From an uncultured archaeon (GTDB lineage: Archaea > Thermoproteota > EX4484-205 > JAAOZP01), in the NCBI GenBank assembly GCA_938045545.1, contig CALIBN010000028.1:1-56396 (forward strand): a stretch of 56,396 nucleotides of DNA, given 5' to 3'. How positions within the stretch are numbered: position 1 is the stretch's first letter; each line of letters begins with the position of its first letter. The notes beneath the pieces were generated by a model. The model was not told the origin of the DNA. It made no database searches and worked only from the letters and a program-made list of their open reading frames with translations. Positions 47,591 to 56,396 of this stretch are shown here, piece by piece. The position numbers were made by a program, and so were the translations under genes.

Positions 47591-50479
47591 TCACCAGGTG
47601 GCTTTAATGCATGTTTTCATGCCAGCAGGCAGTTCAACCTTCCATCGTCCATTTTCAAACGATGGTTTCAACCCCCCGTTGCTAGCCTTAATGTTTATTT
47701 CTGCTACTTGAGGAATGAAAGAAGGCATTACTGCTTCCCCGTTTAGGCCGTCGGGCAATTCAACCCATAGTGTGAAGCTCTTTTCTTCCCGGCTCCATCG
47801 CACGTTCACCGCACCCCTGGGCGTTGGAAAACATCCTCGTACCCAAGTCAAGTCAACAGGTTCAGGTGCGATTATCACACCATTCGAAATAACCTCTCTA
47901 GGCTTTACGCCAAGCACGTAGCTGCTTAGGAAGAATGCGGGTATAGCGCTCCACGCATGACAGTGGCTTCTAGTTTTTGGTGACAGAATCTCCCACGTGG
48001 TTGTTGCACCGTAATCCAACATGGTACCCCATTCCCGCCTTATTATTTCCAATGCTTTTCCAATCTCACCATCTTTAGCATAAGACTCGATAAGGAAGGC
48101 GAGAGCAAACGGGCTTCCAAACCTGACAAAGTCTACCGGCCACTCGTAGATATACTTGCGTACGATGTCTTTCCTATCATCAGCCGAGTTGCAAAGATAA
48201 ATCATCGTGTGAGTTTGCAAGCTGAAAACCTTGCTTCTCCTACCATCCTGATGAACTGCGTCAACATAAGATTTCCTCTGCTCGTCCCAGAGATACTGGT
48301 TAATTGCCCGTTTAACCTTTTCAGCAAGCGTTTCAAATTCTTTAGCATCACTCTCAATACCTATTTTTCTCGCGATAGCCGCTGAACGCCTATATGCTTC
48401 TACAAGTATCGCGTTTTGATGTGTCACCACCCCCCGGCTCGGAGTATCCATCGGCGCCCAGTCAAGCATATTCCAAGCCTCGATTTCCATCAGGCCATCG
48501 TTACGGATAAACTTCTCAGCAATATTGCGCATCTGCTTTGAGATAAACGGATATACTTCCTTCAGAAAGGTTTCATCCCCCGTGTATCGATAGTATTCTT
48601 CGCACGCCCACACCCAGAGTAGCGACCATGCTGTTAAAACATTCTGCCAGCCGCTTGGCACTTGGCTCTCAACAAGCGGGGAGCGAAATAGAGATTCCCC
48701 TGCTAGAAGCCAGCATCTTCTTGCTAAAGCATAACCACCGTAGGTAGCGTAAGTAATTAAAGCCTCGTGTCGCGCATCGCCCACCCAGAAGGTTTGCTCA
48801 TAGGCTGGACAGTCTACATAAGTGTCCTCGCTGCAGAGGCGCAGAGTATATCGACACATTTGCCAAATATTGTTAAGCTTCCAATCGTTGCAAACGAACC
48901 TCCCAGTCTCCTCGAAAGGATAAGTGTTTAAAAGGCATCTTACAAACTTGATGCGAACAGGCATCTTCTCATACTTAGGAAAACGAATAGTTAGAATCAA
49001 GTAGCGGAATCCCCGGCGAACAACGCTTGTGTAGCTCTGCCATCCCTCTTTAGTCGTGTAACGCAGCACATTGTTAAGGCCGAAAGTATGCTGTACGTCA
49101 AAACCATAATCATCCCTAGGATGCATCGCTTCAAACCCGTAGAAATCAAGCGTAACACCTTTTGGAGCATCAACTTCAAAATCTATAAAGCCGACCAGCT
49201 CACGGCCGAAGTCTATTAGCAGCTCAGCATCACCTTTCTCGGAGGGCCATATGGTCGCAGCCTCATCGTTTGGCAAACAAAGGTTCTCAATGCCTTCAGA
49301 GAAAAGATCCTTTTTAACTTCCTTTGCGAAAACAATCCTGGCAAAAACATGGTCAGTTGCGAAATGCTCGGATGCGACGGGTTTGACTGAAGAGGCTTTA
49401 AAGATGTCTTCAACAGTCCTCGCATCCCAGATATTCTTGAAACCATTCTCGTCAGGTGACGGAAAAGGGCCGGCTATTGCCCATGGAGCACCAGCTTTAC
49501 CTAAAGGGTTTTCAAATTCTAGGTCTTCACCGTCCCATACTGTTGTAAACCACCAGTCATGATAACGACCAGTAACATCGAAAACAACTAGGTTTTCGCC
49601 ACCCGTAAGCTTGAGTAGAACTGTGTCACCGTCGACAGGCATGTCCACGCCGTTAACCCTGACGCGCCGCGCACCGAGACCGATTCCATTCACACCAGTA
49701 ACCTTCACCTCTCTAGCTTCAGGTGTTTTCACAACTGTGATAGCAAGCCCAATTATTCCCTGAAGGTTTGACAACCGGTCACCTGGAATGAGGCTTGGGC
49801 GCAAGTCAAAACTGTACACTATGCTGGGTGGGGAGACTACGCGTGCACCTAATACCTGCACGGGATACACTGGTTCACTGGTGAGGAATGGTATTGGTCT
49901 TTTAACCAGGTTAACCCATGGTTTCTCGGAATCGTAAAGCTCGATTGCGTGTTGCCAATGGCTATCGTCGAAGCCAGGATATTTCCACTCTGGATCCATA
50001 GATGCATCATAGTGTTCCACGAAGCCCTGTTGACACGATATGCGTGGAGTATGCTGGTCGTAGGCTGTGCTGATGCAAACCTTCCAATCCTGGCCTGTTG
50101 AAACTGTAATTTCCCTACCACTTCTAGTTTTCATGTCCAACTGTGCAAGTATGCCACCGCGGCCGAGCGGGTACTGGAAATTAGTTTCACCGGGTTGCCA
50201 TACAATTATGGAAACAGTGTTTATCAAACCAGTGTTTAAATATGGCTTAACATCATATACGTCGTAAAACCATGAATGCTGCCATCCTCTTATAGGACCA
50301 TTACCAATCCTTCGGCCGTTTATGAAAAGAACGTAACGAGCGTCGGCAGTTATTTTAAGCTCCGCCGTTTCAACGTCGAATGGAACCTCGAAATTCTTAC
50401 GTGCATAGACATAAGTGTTTCGCGATGCCTCATTACTGTTATTTACCCAAATCCACTTCGCCTTCCATACTTCCGGCAT
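47591..50479 (-). CDS. Glycoside hydrolase family 78 alpha-L-rhamnosidase-like
   Basis: 962 aa; motifs WKAKWIW, ITADARY, IDFGRELVG, VDCPAYEQTFWVGD, GATTTWE, SHCHAWS and PTPRG. Confidence 0.88.
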   Translation of the reverse strand: MPEVWKAKWIWVNNSNEASRNTYVYARKNFEVPFDVETAELKITADARYVLFINGRRIGNGPIRGWQHSWFYDVYDVKPYLNTGLINTVSIIVWQPGETNFQYPLGRGGILAQLDMKTRSGREITVSTGQDWKVCISTAYDQHTPRISCQQGFVEHYDASMDPEWKYPGFDDSHWQHAIELYDSEKPWVNLVKRPIPFLTSEPVYPVQVLGARVVSPPSIVYSFDLRPSLIPGDRLSNLQGIIGLAITVVKTPEAREVKVTGVNGIGLGARRVRVNGVDMPVDGDTVLLKLTGGENLVVFDVTGRYHDWWFTTVWDGEDLEFENPLGKAGAPWAIAGPFPSPDENGFKNIWDARTVEDIFKASSVKPVASEHFATDHVFARIVFAKEVKKDLFSEGIENLCLPNDEAATIWPSEKGDAELLIDFGRELVGFIDFEVDAPKGVTLDFYGFEAMHPRDDYGFDVQHTFGLNNVLRYTTKEGWQSYTSVVRRGFRYLILTIRFPKYEKMPVRIKFVRCLLNTYPFEETGRFVCNDWKLNNIWQMCRYTLRLCSEDTYVDCPAYEQTFWVGDARHEALITYATYGGYALARRCWLLAGESLFRSPLVESQVPSGWQNVLTAWSLLWVWACEEYYRYTGDETFLKEVYPFISKQMRNIAEKFIRNDGLMEIEAWNMLDWAPMDTPSRGVVTHQNAILVEAYRRSAAIARKIGIESDAKEFETLAEKVKRAINQYLWDEQRKSYVDAVHQDGRRSKVFSLQTHTMIYLCNSADDRKDIVRKYIYEWPVDFVRFGSPFALAFLIESYAKDGEIGKALEIIRREWGTMLDYGATTTWEILSPKTRSHCHAWSAIPAFFLSSYVLGVKPREVISNGVIIAPEPVDLTWVRGCFPTPRGAVNVRWSREEKSFTLWVELPDGLNGEAVMPSFIPQVAEINIKASNGGLKPSFENGRWKVELPAGMKTCIKATW

Positions 50480-50547
50480 GCCGTGGTAAGATTTCGATCG
50501 GAATATAAAAATTTAACTATATTATAAATAACAAAGTGCGCGCTCGG

Positions 50548-51726
50548 CTAATGGTCTCCATATATTATGTTGGTCTTATAGACATCAGGGCCAAAGATCT
50601 TGTAGACCACGAGATCCTCTTTTCCAGTGTTAACTATTTTATGAGGCTGCGTTGCGGCATCAGCAGATATGAAGACCTCGTCCAAGCCAGGGCTTTGGCC
50701 CTTAACCAAGACGTTTCCAATCCTGCCTTCCCCCTTCCAAACGAAAGCGAGGTAAGCATTGTTTTCAACGCTTTCAACGACCCCCCCGGGAAAAATCCTA
50801 GTTTCCTTCCCGCAGAATTTCCTTGTCCGATCCGGAGGAAACACCCAGTGTTCAACACCCTTTCCCTCGAACCCGGGTGCCTCAACCTCCGTTGGAACCA
50901 CGTGGTACTTCTTGTAGAAAAACGGGTCTCGCGACCTCCTCCAGTCGACCAGCTTGGCAACAGCCTCTTCATCAGGCAGGCCTCGCAACATGTCTTCCCT
51001 TGACATCCTCCTCCCTCCGCATACAGCTTGAAGAATGTTGTAAACATCAGACTCCTCCTGGATCTCTAGTGTAAGGGCCGTCCCTGGAGCGTGGGGAACC
51101 CCGGCGAAAACGTAGAAACCCTCCCCGATATTCAACCTGTAGGCTGGGGAAAGATCTAAAACCCTATCGTCGTTCCATTTTTTCAGCAGCGGGATCAAAT
51201 CCTCCTCCTCCACATGCGGATGAACAGCAATGTGGGAATACGGGAAAGGCCCTTTTTCCTCGGTCTCTAGAAAATAATAAGCCTCATCCTTACCATTCAT
51301 ATTCCAGTATTTTTTCGCATCCTCCTCCCTGGCATGCACGTGCCACGGGATAGGGGTTCCAATGTCGAGAACCTTCGTTAAAACCCCGAACCGGGCGTCG
51401 TGTTCCGCCGCATACTTGTCGCCGAGAAGCTCGCCAGGGAGCATTTTAAACGCATCCCTAAGGGAAAGCTTGGCCTGCTTCTGGGTGAAGGATATGAAGC
51501 TTAAACCCTCGTTTTCAACCTTAACCGGATTTACGGCTTCAACAGACGATGCTAACCATCTTTCACACAACCAGCCTCTGGAGGGACCAGCATAGTAGTC
51601 TTTCAACCCGAGCCTACCCATCCCCGGATACAGGGTTCTCGCCACAAAGGATGGGGCGAGCCTCAGTACCCCGCCGTTCGCGCTAAGCTCCTCTCTAAGT
51701 AATTTTTCCTCATCTTTAAAGCACAT
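50548..51726 (-). CDS. Cupin-fold protein resembling type I phosphomannose isomerase
   Basis: ERW, LTKVLD...PWHVH, GKDEAYYF, VPHAPG and LEIQEESDV parallel the PMI metal-binding pattern; a second cupin-like domain lies at the C-terminus. Confidence 0.6.
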   Translation of the reverse strand: MCFKDEEKLLREELSANGGVLRLAPSFVARTLYPGMGRLGLKDYYAGPSRGWLCERWLASSVEAVNPVKVENEGLSFISFTQKQAKLSLRDAFKMLPGELLGDKYAAEHDARFGVLTKVLDIGTPIPWHVHAREEDAKKYWNMNGKDEAYYFLETEEKGPFPYSHIAVHPHVEEEDLIPLLKKWNDDRVLDLSPAYRLNIGEGFYVFAGVPHAPGTALTLEIQEESDVYNILQAVCGGRRMSREDMLRGLPDEEAVAKLVDWRRSRDPFFYKKYHVVPTEVEAPGFEGKGVEHWVFPPDRTRKFCGKETRIFPGGVVESVENNAYLAFVWKGEGRIGNVLVKGQSPGLDEVFISADAATQPHKIVNTGKEDLVVYKIFGPDVYKTNIIYGDH

Positions 51727-51734
51727 TTTTCAGT

Positions 51735-52595
51735 CTAAAACCAGCAATGGCAGGTTTTAAAAGTTTCACCGTGGAAGCCGAGGAGCCTCATCAATTCCCC
51801 GGTTCTTGTGAAATCAGGTATTATTACGTCAGCTCCAGCATCCATGAGACGCTTTCTCTTCCTAGGGTTCAAGCCTATTCTCCTAACCTCATCTGAGGCC
51901 ACGCCAAGGGCTATTGCCCCCCTTGCTTTAGCGCTTCTAATCTCAACAGGACCGTCTCCAACCACCAGAAGTTCCCTACCGTGCAGGTTGTTTTCTCTTA
52001 AAATCCTCTCAATAATCTTCTCCTTAGAGTTCGCCTCCGTATAGTCCAACGCACCGTATACGCCTCCTTTAAAATATTTCGTAACCTCAAGCGCATCAGC
52101 CTCTCTTAAAACGTGCTCATGATCAGTGCCGCTCGCCAAATACATAGTTACACCTTTTTCGAAAAGCTCCTCCAGAAATCTTCTGGACCCGCATATCATC
52201 AGGTCGTCCGGGTTCAACTCACCGTTAACCAGTTTTCTAAGCCTCTCTTCAACAAGCAGAAGCATCCGCTGATTATATATCCTCTTATACTCGTAAGCAT
52301 CCTTAGGGTTTTTCGAAAATCCGTATCTGCGAACAGCTTCGGCAAGCCACTCCATCTGCCTTATTGTTAACATCCCGGTTGAGTAGTCAACGTACTCTCT
52401 AACCTCCCTCTCTATCTCCGGGGTTGGAGCATTACCTTCGCAAATCATCTCCAGCATAAGCGGGATCATTACGTCCTCCCATCCCTGTCTTATAACCGAT
52501 ATTGTCCCGTCGAAATCTATTAACGCATACTTTATGCGTCCAACCATAGAATTTAAATCTGGATTAAGAATCTCAAACCGCTGGTTCACGGCCAT
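51735..52595 (-). CDS. HAD-superfamily hydrolase (phosphatase)
   Basis: Motif I DFDGT, motif II LASGT, conserved Lys in NSKE, and motif IV VGDGPVE. Confidence 0.85.
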   Translation of the reverse strand: MAVNQRFEILNPDLNSMVGRIKYALIDFDGTISVIRQGWEDVMIPLMLEMICEGNAPTPEIEREVREYVDYSTGMLTIRQMEWLAEAVRRYGFSKNPKDAYEYKRIYNQRMLLLVEERLRKLVNGELNPDDLMICGSRRFLEELFEKGVTMYLASGTDHEHVLREADALEVTKYFKGGVYGALDYTEANSKEKIIERILRENNLHGRELLVVGDGPVEIRSAKARGAIALGVASDEVRRIGLNPRKRKRLMDAGADVIIPDFTRTGELMRLLGFHGETFKTCHCWF

Positions 52596-53632
52596 TCACC
52601 CTCCTTAGCAACTTCATCAAACTTGCTTAATATTTCTCCGGGGGAAGCTGTTCCGGTAGTGTTTAGCTTTTTGAGAATAACACCTGCAGCCAGGCTTGCG
52701 ACTATGCCTGCTTCAACAGGGTCAGCCCCTCCCGCTAGGCTTGCACCCATCGCAGAGATGAATGTGTCACCAGCTCCCACGGGATCTATCGGAGGCTCGG
52801 TTGGCGCAGCGGGAACATGATGGTGGCTGGAACTCGTAACCACTAAGGATCCCTCTTCGCTTAACGTTATGTATATGGGTCGCTTAGCCTTCTCCTGCAG
52901 CTCTCTCCCTATCTGCAGAAGCTCATCCATATCTACTTCAAGAGGGTTTCTAGATGGCCGTATGGCCTTCACAGCCTCCATCCGGTTTGGCTTTAAAACC
53001 ATGCTTCTGAAAAGACCTATGCGCTCCCTTGAGTCAGCTATGAAAACCCTGTTCGGGTTTTTCTCGGCAAGCTGAACTAGGCTGCTTCTAACGTTTTCCG
53101 TAACCACGCCATTCAGAGTCATCTGATCCTCTATTATCACTAAATCCACTTTTTCAACGACCTCCTTAACGTTTTCAATTATTTTCTCCTCCAGGCTACT
53201 GCTCAACGGGCTGTAGTTTACAAAGTCGAGGCGAGAATCCTCCTGTTGCGAATCCCACCCGCAGAGTATTGGCTTAATATAGGTCGGCGTAACTCTTTCA
53301 GGAGACATTATTAAGAAATCCAGATTAACCCCGTTCTCTCTCAGCTTTTCGTTTAGAAGCCTCCCCCTCCAGTCGTCTCCAATAACGGTTACCGCAAAGA
53401 CATCTTTTAACCCTAAGGCCCTAACGTTGCAACATATGTTGCCAGAGGCGCCCGGGGAATATGTCTCCCTGACGATAGGACGCGTATAATGAGGCGTCTC
53501 CCGTGAGAGTTCTGAACGCGTCATATCAGCATACCAATAAACGTCTAAGGCGAAGTCGCCGATCACCATGCTTCTCAAGCCTTTAAAGGAATCCAGTATT
53601 TCAACCAGTCTGGAGCGTTTCAGCCCTTTCAT
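52586..53632 (-). CDS. PfkB/ribokinase family kinase, HldE/RfaE heptose-7-phosphate kinase-like
   Basis: Motifs VIGDFALDVY, SRETP, PGASGN, IGDDWRG, LKPNRME, TLSEEG and DPVGAGDTF. Confidence 0.85.
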   Translation of the reverse strand: MKGLKRSRLVEILDSFKGLRSMVIGDFALDVYWYADMTRSELSRETPHYTRPIVRETYSPGASGNICCNVRALGLKDVFAVTVIGDDWRGRLLNEKLRENGVNLDFLIMSPERVTPTYIKPILCGWDSQQEDSRLDFVNYSPLSSSLEEKIIENVKEVVEKVDLVIIEDQMTLNGVVTENVRSSLVQLAEKNPNRVFIADSRERIGLFRSMVLKPNRMEAVKAIRPSRNPLEVDMDELLQIGRELQEKAKRPIYITLSEEGSLVVTSSSHHHVPAAPTEPPIDPVGAGDTFISAMGASLAGGADPVEAGIVASLAAGVILKKLNTTGTASPGEILSKFDEVAKEGEWP

Positions 53633-55286
53633 TTAACTCCAGCCTCCTAAGCAGAGAAGCCTCCAGCATCCTGCATAAAACATGGTATATTACGGAGTGC
53701 ATCTCTTGCACACGGCTTGTTTCCGACGAAGGAGCCTTGATAGCGATGTCAGAGATTTCTGCCAGCAATCCCCCGTCTCTTCCAGTTAAAGCGATCACCG
53801 TTAGGCCTATGGCTTTAGCAGTTGCCGCAGCATAGATAACGTTCTGAGAGTTACCGCTTGTGCTTATACCCATCAAAACATCTCCTTTTTTCGCTAGAGA
53901 GTAGAGTTCCTGTGCGAAGGCCATGTTCCTAGTTGGGTTATCGTTCTCAACAGCACTGGAGAGAGAATGGTTTGAGCCGAGGACTATTACGCGCAGACCT
54001 TCCTCCAGGCTTTCCGCCAGGAGACTACCGTAAGGAAGCCCTTTAAACAGTTTTCTGCGATAAATCGGTATGGGTCTCTTAAGCTCAAAGGATTTCGAAA
54101 GCTCCGCAGAAATGTGGAACGCATCTGCGAAACTGCCGCCATTACCACATAGGAAGAGGGTTCCCCCAACCCTGAGACACATGTCTATGGCTCTAAAAGA
54201 CCTAACTAAGTCCTCTACTACAACATCCAGATCCCGATGAACTTTCACGAATCCCTCAACAATGTTTTTCACGAATGGTTCAAGATCCTCAGCCTGGTTA
54301 CTAGGCGGGAAGCCTGCTCCACCGTGAGCCCGGATATTTTCCTCCGTAATCATCCTGACCACGAGGTGACGGAGGTTGGGTATTGTAACAGCATGGTCGC
54401 CCGCTATGTGAAAGCCTTTACCCCCTAGCGAGGTTGGTCTTAAAACAATGTTTTTCAGAGGCCTATAATAATATTCTTCTTCATCTTTCTTTCTAGGACG
54501 AGCATAGTCCCTTATTGGTTTCAGATCAAAGTTTACGGCTGTAAACCTCTCTACTTTGAAACCAAGGTTTCTCACGATGGACAGTGCTTTGAGAAAAACT
54601 TCAGGTCCGATGACGGCTGATCCAAAATTCAGAAACACTCCTTCATCTAGGCGGCTGACGGCGTAAACGTATTTCTTGAAATCAATCCCGCTGGCTTCAC
54701 CTATGGCGGAAAAGTCGCAAGCAGGATGCTGATGGATTATATCTGTCCCAAGCGCCACGTGTACGGTAAACGGTATCCCCAATCTGTAAGCGTGGTAGAG
54801 GACGCTGTATTTCCTGAACTTGAAACGGCTGTCCTCAGCAATCATTCTGCCTAAGGATTCGCCGTAGCCTAAGCCGTCGCGAACACCACGTTGAATCGCC
54901 ACGTTCATCAAAAGTCCTGTCTCTTCAGCCATTCCGAAGGTTCCATCCTCTATGCTTGTGGCAACATCCTCGCTGGTCTCTCCGATTAGAGCGATTTCAA
55001 AGTCGTGTATTGAAGCTGCACCGTTAGAGGCCACGTGGCTCACCACGCCCCGTTCCATAAGATCTATGAGTACTGGTCCTAATCCACATTTTATCACGTG
55101 GGCTCCCATCATCCATAAGACTAACCTTCCTTTTCTCCTTGCGTCCACTATCATCTTTGCAACCTCTCTCAGCTCGGGGCTTTCAAAAGGTGGCGGAGGA
55201 GACTCAGGGTTGATCAAATCCTTAAGCTTTACAAGGTTCTTCCTCCTGGATATCGGGTAAGTCTTAATCCTGTTGAAATCCAGCAT
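53601..55286 (-). CDS. Fusion of an N-terminal deoxyhypusine-synthase-like domain and a C-terminal SIS phosphoheptose isomerase (GmhA-like) domain
   Basis: N-domain: WMMGAHVIKCGL, SNGAASIHDFE, TSEDV, GTDIIH, NFGSAVIGPEVFLKA. C-domain: LCGNGGSFADAFH, ND, GISTSGNS, LTGRDGG, VQEMH. One continuous ORF. Start at ATG 55286 from TATA spacing; TTG 55307 is the alternative. Confidence 0.75.
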   Translation of the reverse strand: MLDFNRIKTYPISRRKNLVKLKDLINPESPPPPFESPELREVAKMIVDARRKGRLVLWMMGAHVIKCGLGPVLIDLMERGVVSHVASNGAASIHDFEIALIGETSEDVATSIEDGTFGMAEETGLLMNVAIQRGVRDGLGYGESLGRMIAEDSRFKFRKYSVLYHAYRLGIPFTVHVALGTDIIHQHPACDFSAIGEASGIDFKKYVYAVSRLDEGVFLNFGSAVIGPEVFLKALSIVRNLGFKVERFTAVNFDLKPIRDYARPRKKDEEEYYYRPLKNIVLRPTSLGGKGFHIAGDHAVTIPNLRHLVVRMITEENIRAHGGAGFPPSNQAEDLEPFVKNIVEGFVKVHRDLDVVVEDLVRSFRAIDMCLRVGGTLFLCGNGGSFADAFHISAELSKSFELKRPIPIYRRKLFKGLPYGSLLAESLEEGLRVIVLGSNHSLSSAVENDNPTRNMAFAQELYSLAKKGDVLMGISTSGNSQNVIYAAATAKAIGLTVIALTGRDGGLLAEISDIAIKAPSSETSRVQEMHSVIYHVLCRMLEASLLRRLELNERAETLQTG

Positions 55287-55461
55287 CTGCGCGTAAATCC
55301 TCCTCAAAGTTATATATTAACTTAATTCTTTGCACGGGAGTCACGGAAAAAGTCTGAAGCATGAGGCTGTTGACTGCCAGAAGCGTTAAAAAGGAGTCTA
55401 AGCTTATTCAAACCCGCTTTCCAAACCCTTTAAATAGTGCATGAATCATTATTGGATAACC

Positions 55462-56396
55462 ATGAGGACAGTGAAAATAGGAGTGATCGGAGCAGGTTCT
55501 CACGCGAACAGTGTTCACTATCCCTCGCTCTCAATGATAGAGGAGGCGGAGGTTAAAGCAGTATGTGACCTTAACGAGGATAGGCTTAGGATGACGGCTG
55601 AAAAATACTCGATACCAAGCCAGTACACCGATTATAGAAAAATGTTGGAGAAGGAGGAGTTGGACGCTATATACCTGATAATGCCACCTCACCAGCTTTA
55701 CGACATAGCGGTCGACTGTCTCAAGCATGGCCTTAACCTTTTCATCGAGAAGCCTCCTGGCTTAACCCGCAGCCAAACTGAAAGCCTAGCCTGGTATGCT
55801 GAGAGACACGGATGTAAAACCATGGTTGGCTTCAACAGGAGGTTCATACCCCTCATGAGAAGAGTCAAGGAGATCGTTGAGAAAAGAGGACCGATAAACC
55901 ACTGCGTATCGATTTTTTACAAGAACATTATTTCGCAGGAGCCTCCCTACTATTATGGGGCGGTGGATGTTTTAACCTCGGATGTGATCCATGCAGTAGA
56001 TACTTTAAGATGGATGGGTGGAAGCGATGTTGAAAGGGTATGCAGCTCTGTCCGGAGGCTTTTCGTCCCGTACGATAATAGTTTTAATGCTATGGTTTCA
56101 TTCAAGAACGGTGCACTCGGCATCCTGATGAGTAATTGGGCGGCCGGCTCAAGAGTGCACGTGTTTGAAATGCATAGTAAGGGCATATCGGCCTTCATCA
56201 ACCCTAATGATAAAGCCTTAATATACAGGGATGGCTTGCCTGAACCTGAAGAAATATCTACTTTTGAAGCAGCAGGAGGCAGCACTGAATTCCACGTTTA
56301 CTACGGGTTCCTCGGCGAAAATATGCATTTCATACGATGCATGATGGAGGACAGGGAGCCTGAAACCTGTTTTAGAGATGCTGTTAAAACGATGGA
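55462..56396 (+). CDS. Gfo/Idh/MocA family oxidoreductase, truncated by the window edge
   Basis: Not in the ORF track because it has no stop in the window. Reads MRTVKIGVIGAGSHANSVH...AVCDL...FIEKPPG...VGFNRRF...SDVIHAVD. TTTAAATA lies at 55429-55436. Confidence 0.88.
   Translation, partial: MRTVKIGVIGAGSHANSVHYPSLSMIEEAEVKAVCDLNEDRLRMTAEKYSIPSQYTDYRKMLEKEELDAIYLIMPPHQLYDIAVDCLKHGLNLFIEKPPGLTRSQTESLAWYAERHGCKTMVGFNRRFIPLMRRVKEIVEKRGPINHCVSIFYKNIISQEPPYYYGAVDVLTSDVIHAVDTLRWMGGSDVERVCSSVRRLFVPYDNSFNAMVSFKNGALGILMSNWAAGSRVHVFEMHSKGISAFINPNDKALIYRDGLPEPEEISTFEAAGGSTEFHVYYGFLGENMHFIRCMMEDREPETCFRDAVKTM

Noticed and set aside
259-56285. Many 60-240 aa ORFs antisense to or nested in long genes (e.g. 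3465-3947, 35887-36597, 50536-51003, 55953-56285)
   Set aside because: They are shadow frames of well-supported genes, are Ser/Pro/Leu-rich, and carry no recognisable motifs.
1-56396. CRISPR arrays, tRNA/rRNA genes, transposases/integrases and defence systems
   Set aside because: I saw no regularly spaced repeats, cloverleaf or rRNA signatures, or recombinase/nuclease motifs. Small RNAs could have been missed by eye.

Overview
This is a gene-dense window from an archaeon. The evidence is TATA boxes about 25 nt upstream of start codons (leaderless-type promoters), a DUF2208-like membrane protein and an archaeal-type glycogen cluster. A TACK-type lineage such as Brockarchaeota or Bathyarchaeia is my inference only. 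The window is almost entirely carbohydrate and amine metabolism: GH57, GH31, GH38, GH116, GH35-like and GH78 glycosidases, a heparinase II/III-like protein, three GT4 genes, GalT-like and NDP-sugar pyrophosphorylase genes, single-chain transketolase, a fucose/arabinose isomerase, two Gfo/Idh/MocA oxidoreductases, four URO-D/MtaA-fold genes, aminotransferases, amidohydrolases, an MFS transporter and an ABC exporter. At least six genes are frameshifted pseudogenes. The most striking element is a tightly coupled four-gene operon (50548-55286, minus strand) encoding a deoxyhypusine-synthase-like/GmhA(SIS) fusion, an HldE-type PfkB kinase, a HAD phosphatase and a PMI-like cupin. It resembles a heptose-phosphate pathway but lacks a nucleotidyltransferase. 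Also notable are tandem pairs of an active enzyme with a degenerate paralog, and a perfect 16-bp palindromic bidirectional promoter in the glycogen cluster. I saw no rRNA, tRNA, CRISPR array or transposase. All family calls come from motif recognition by eye; no database searches were run.
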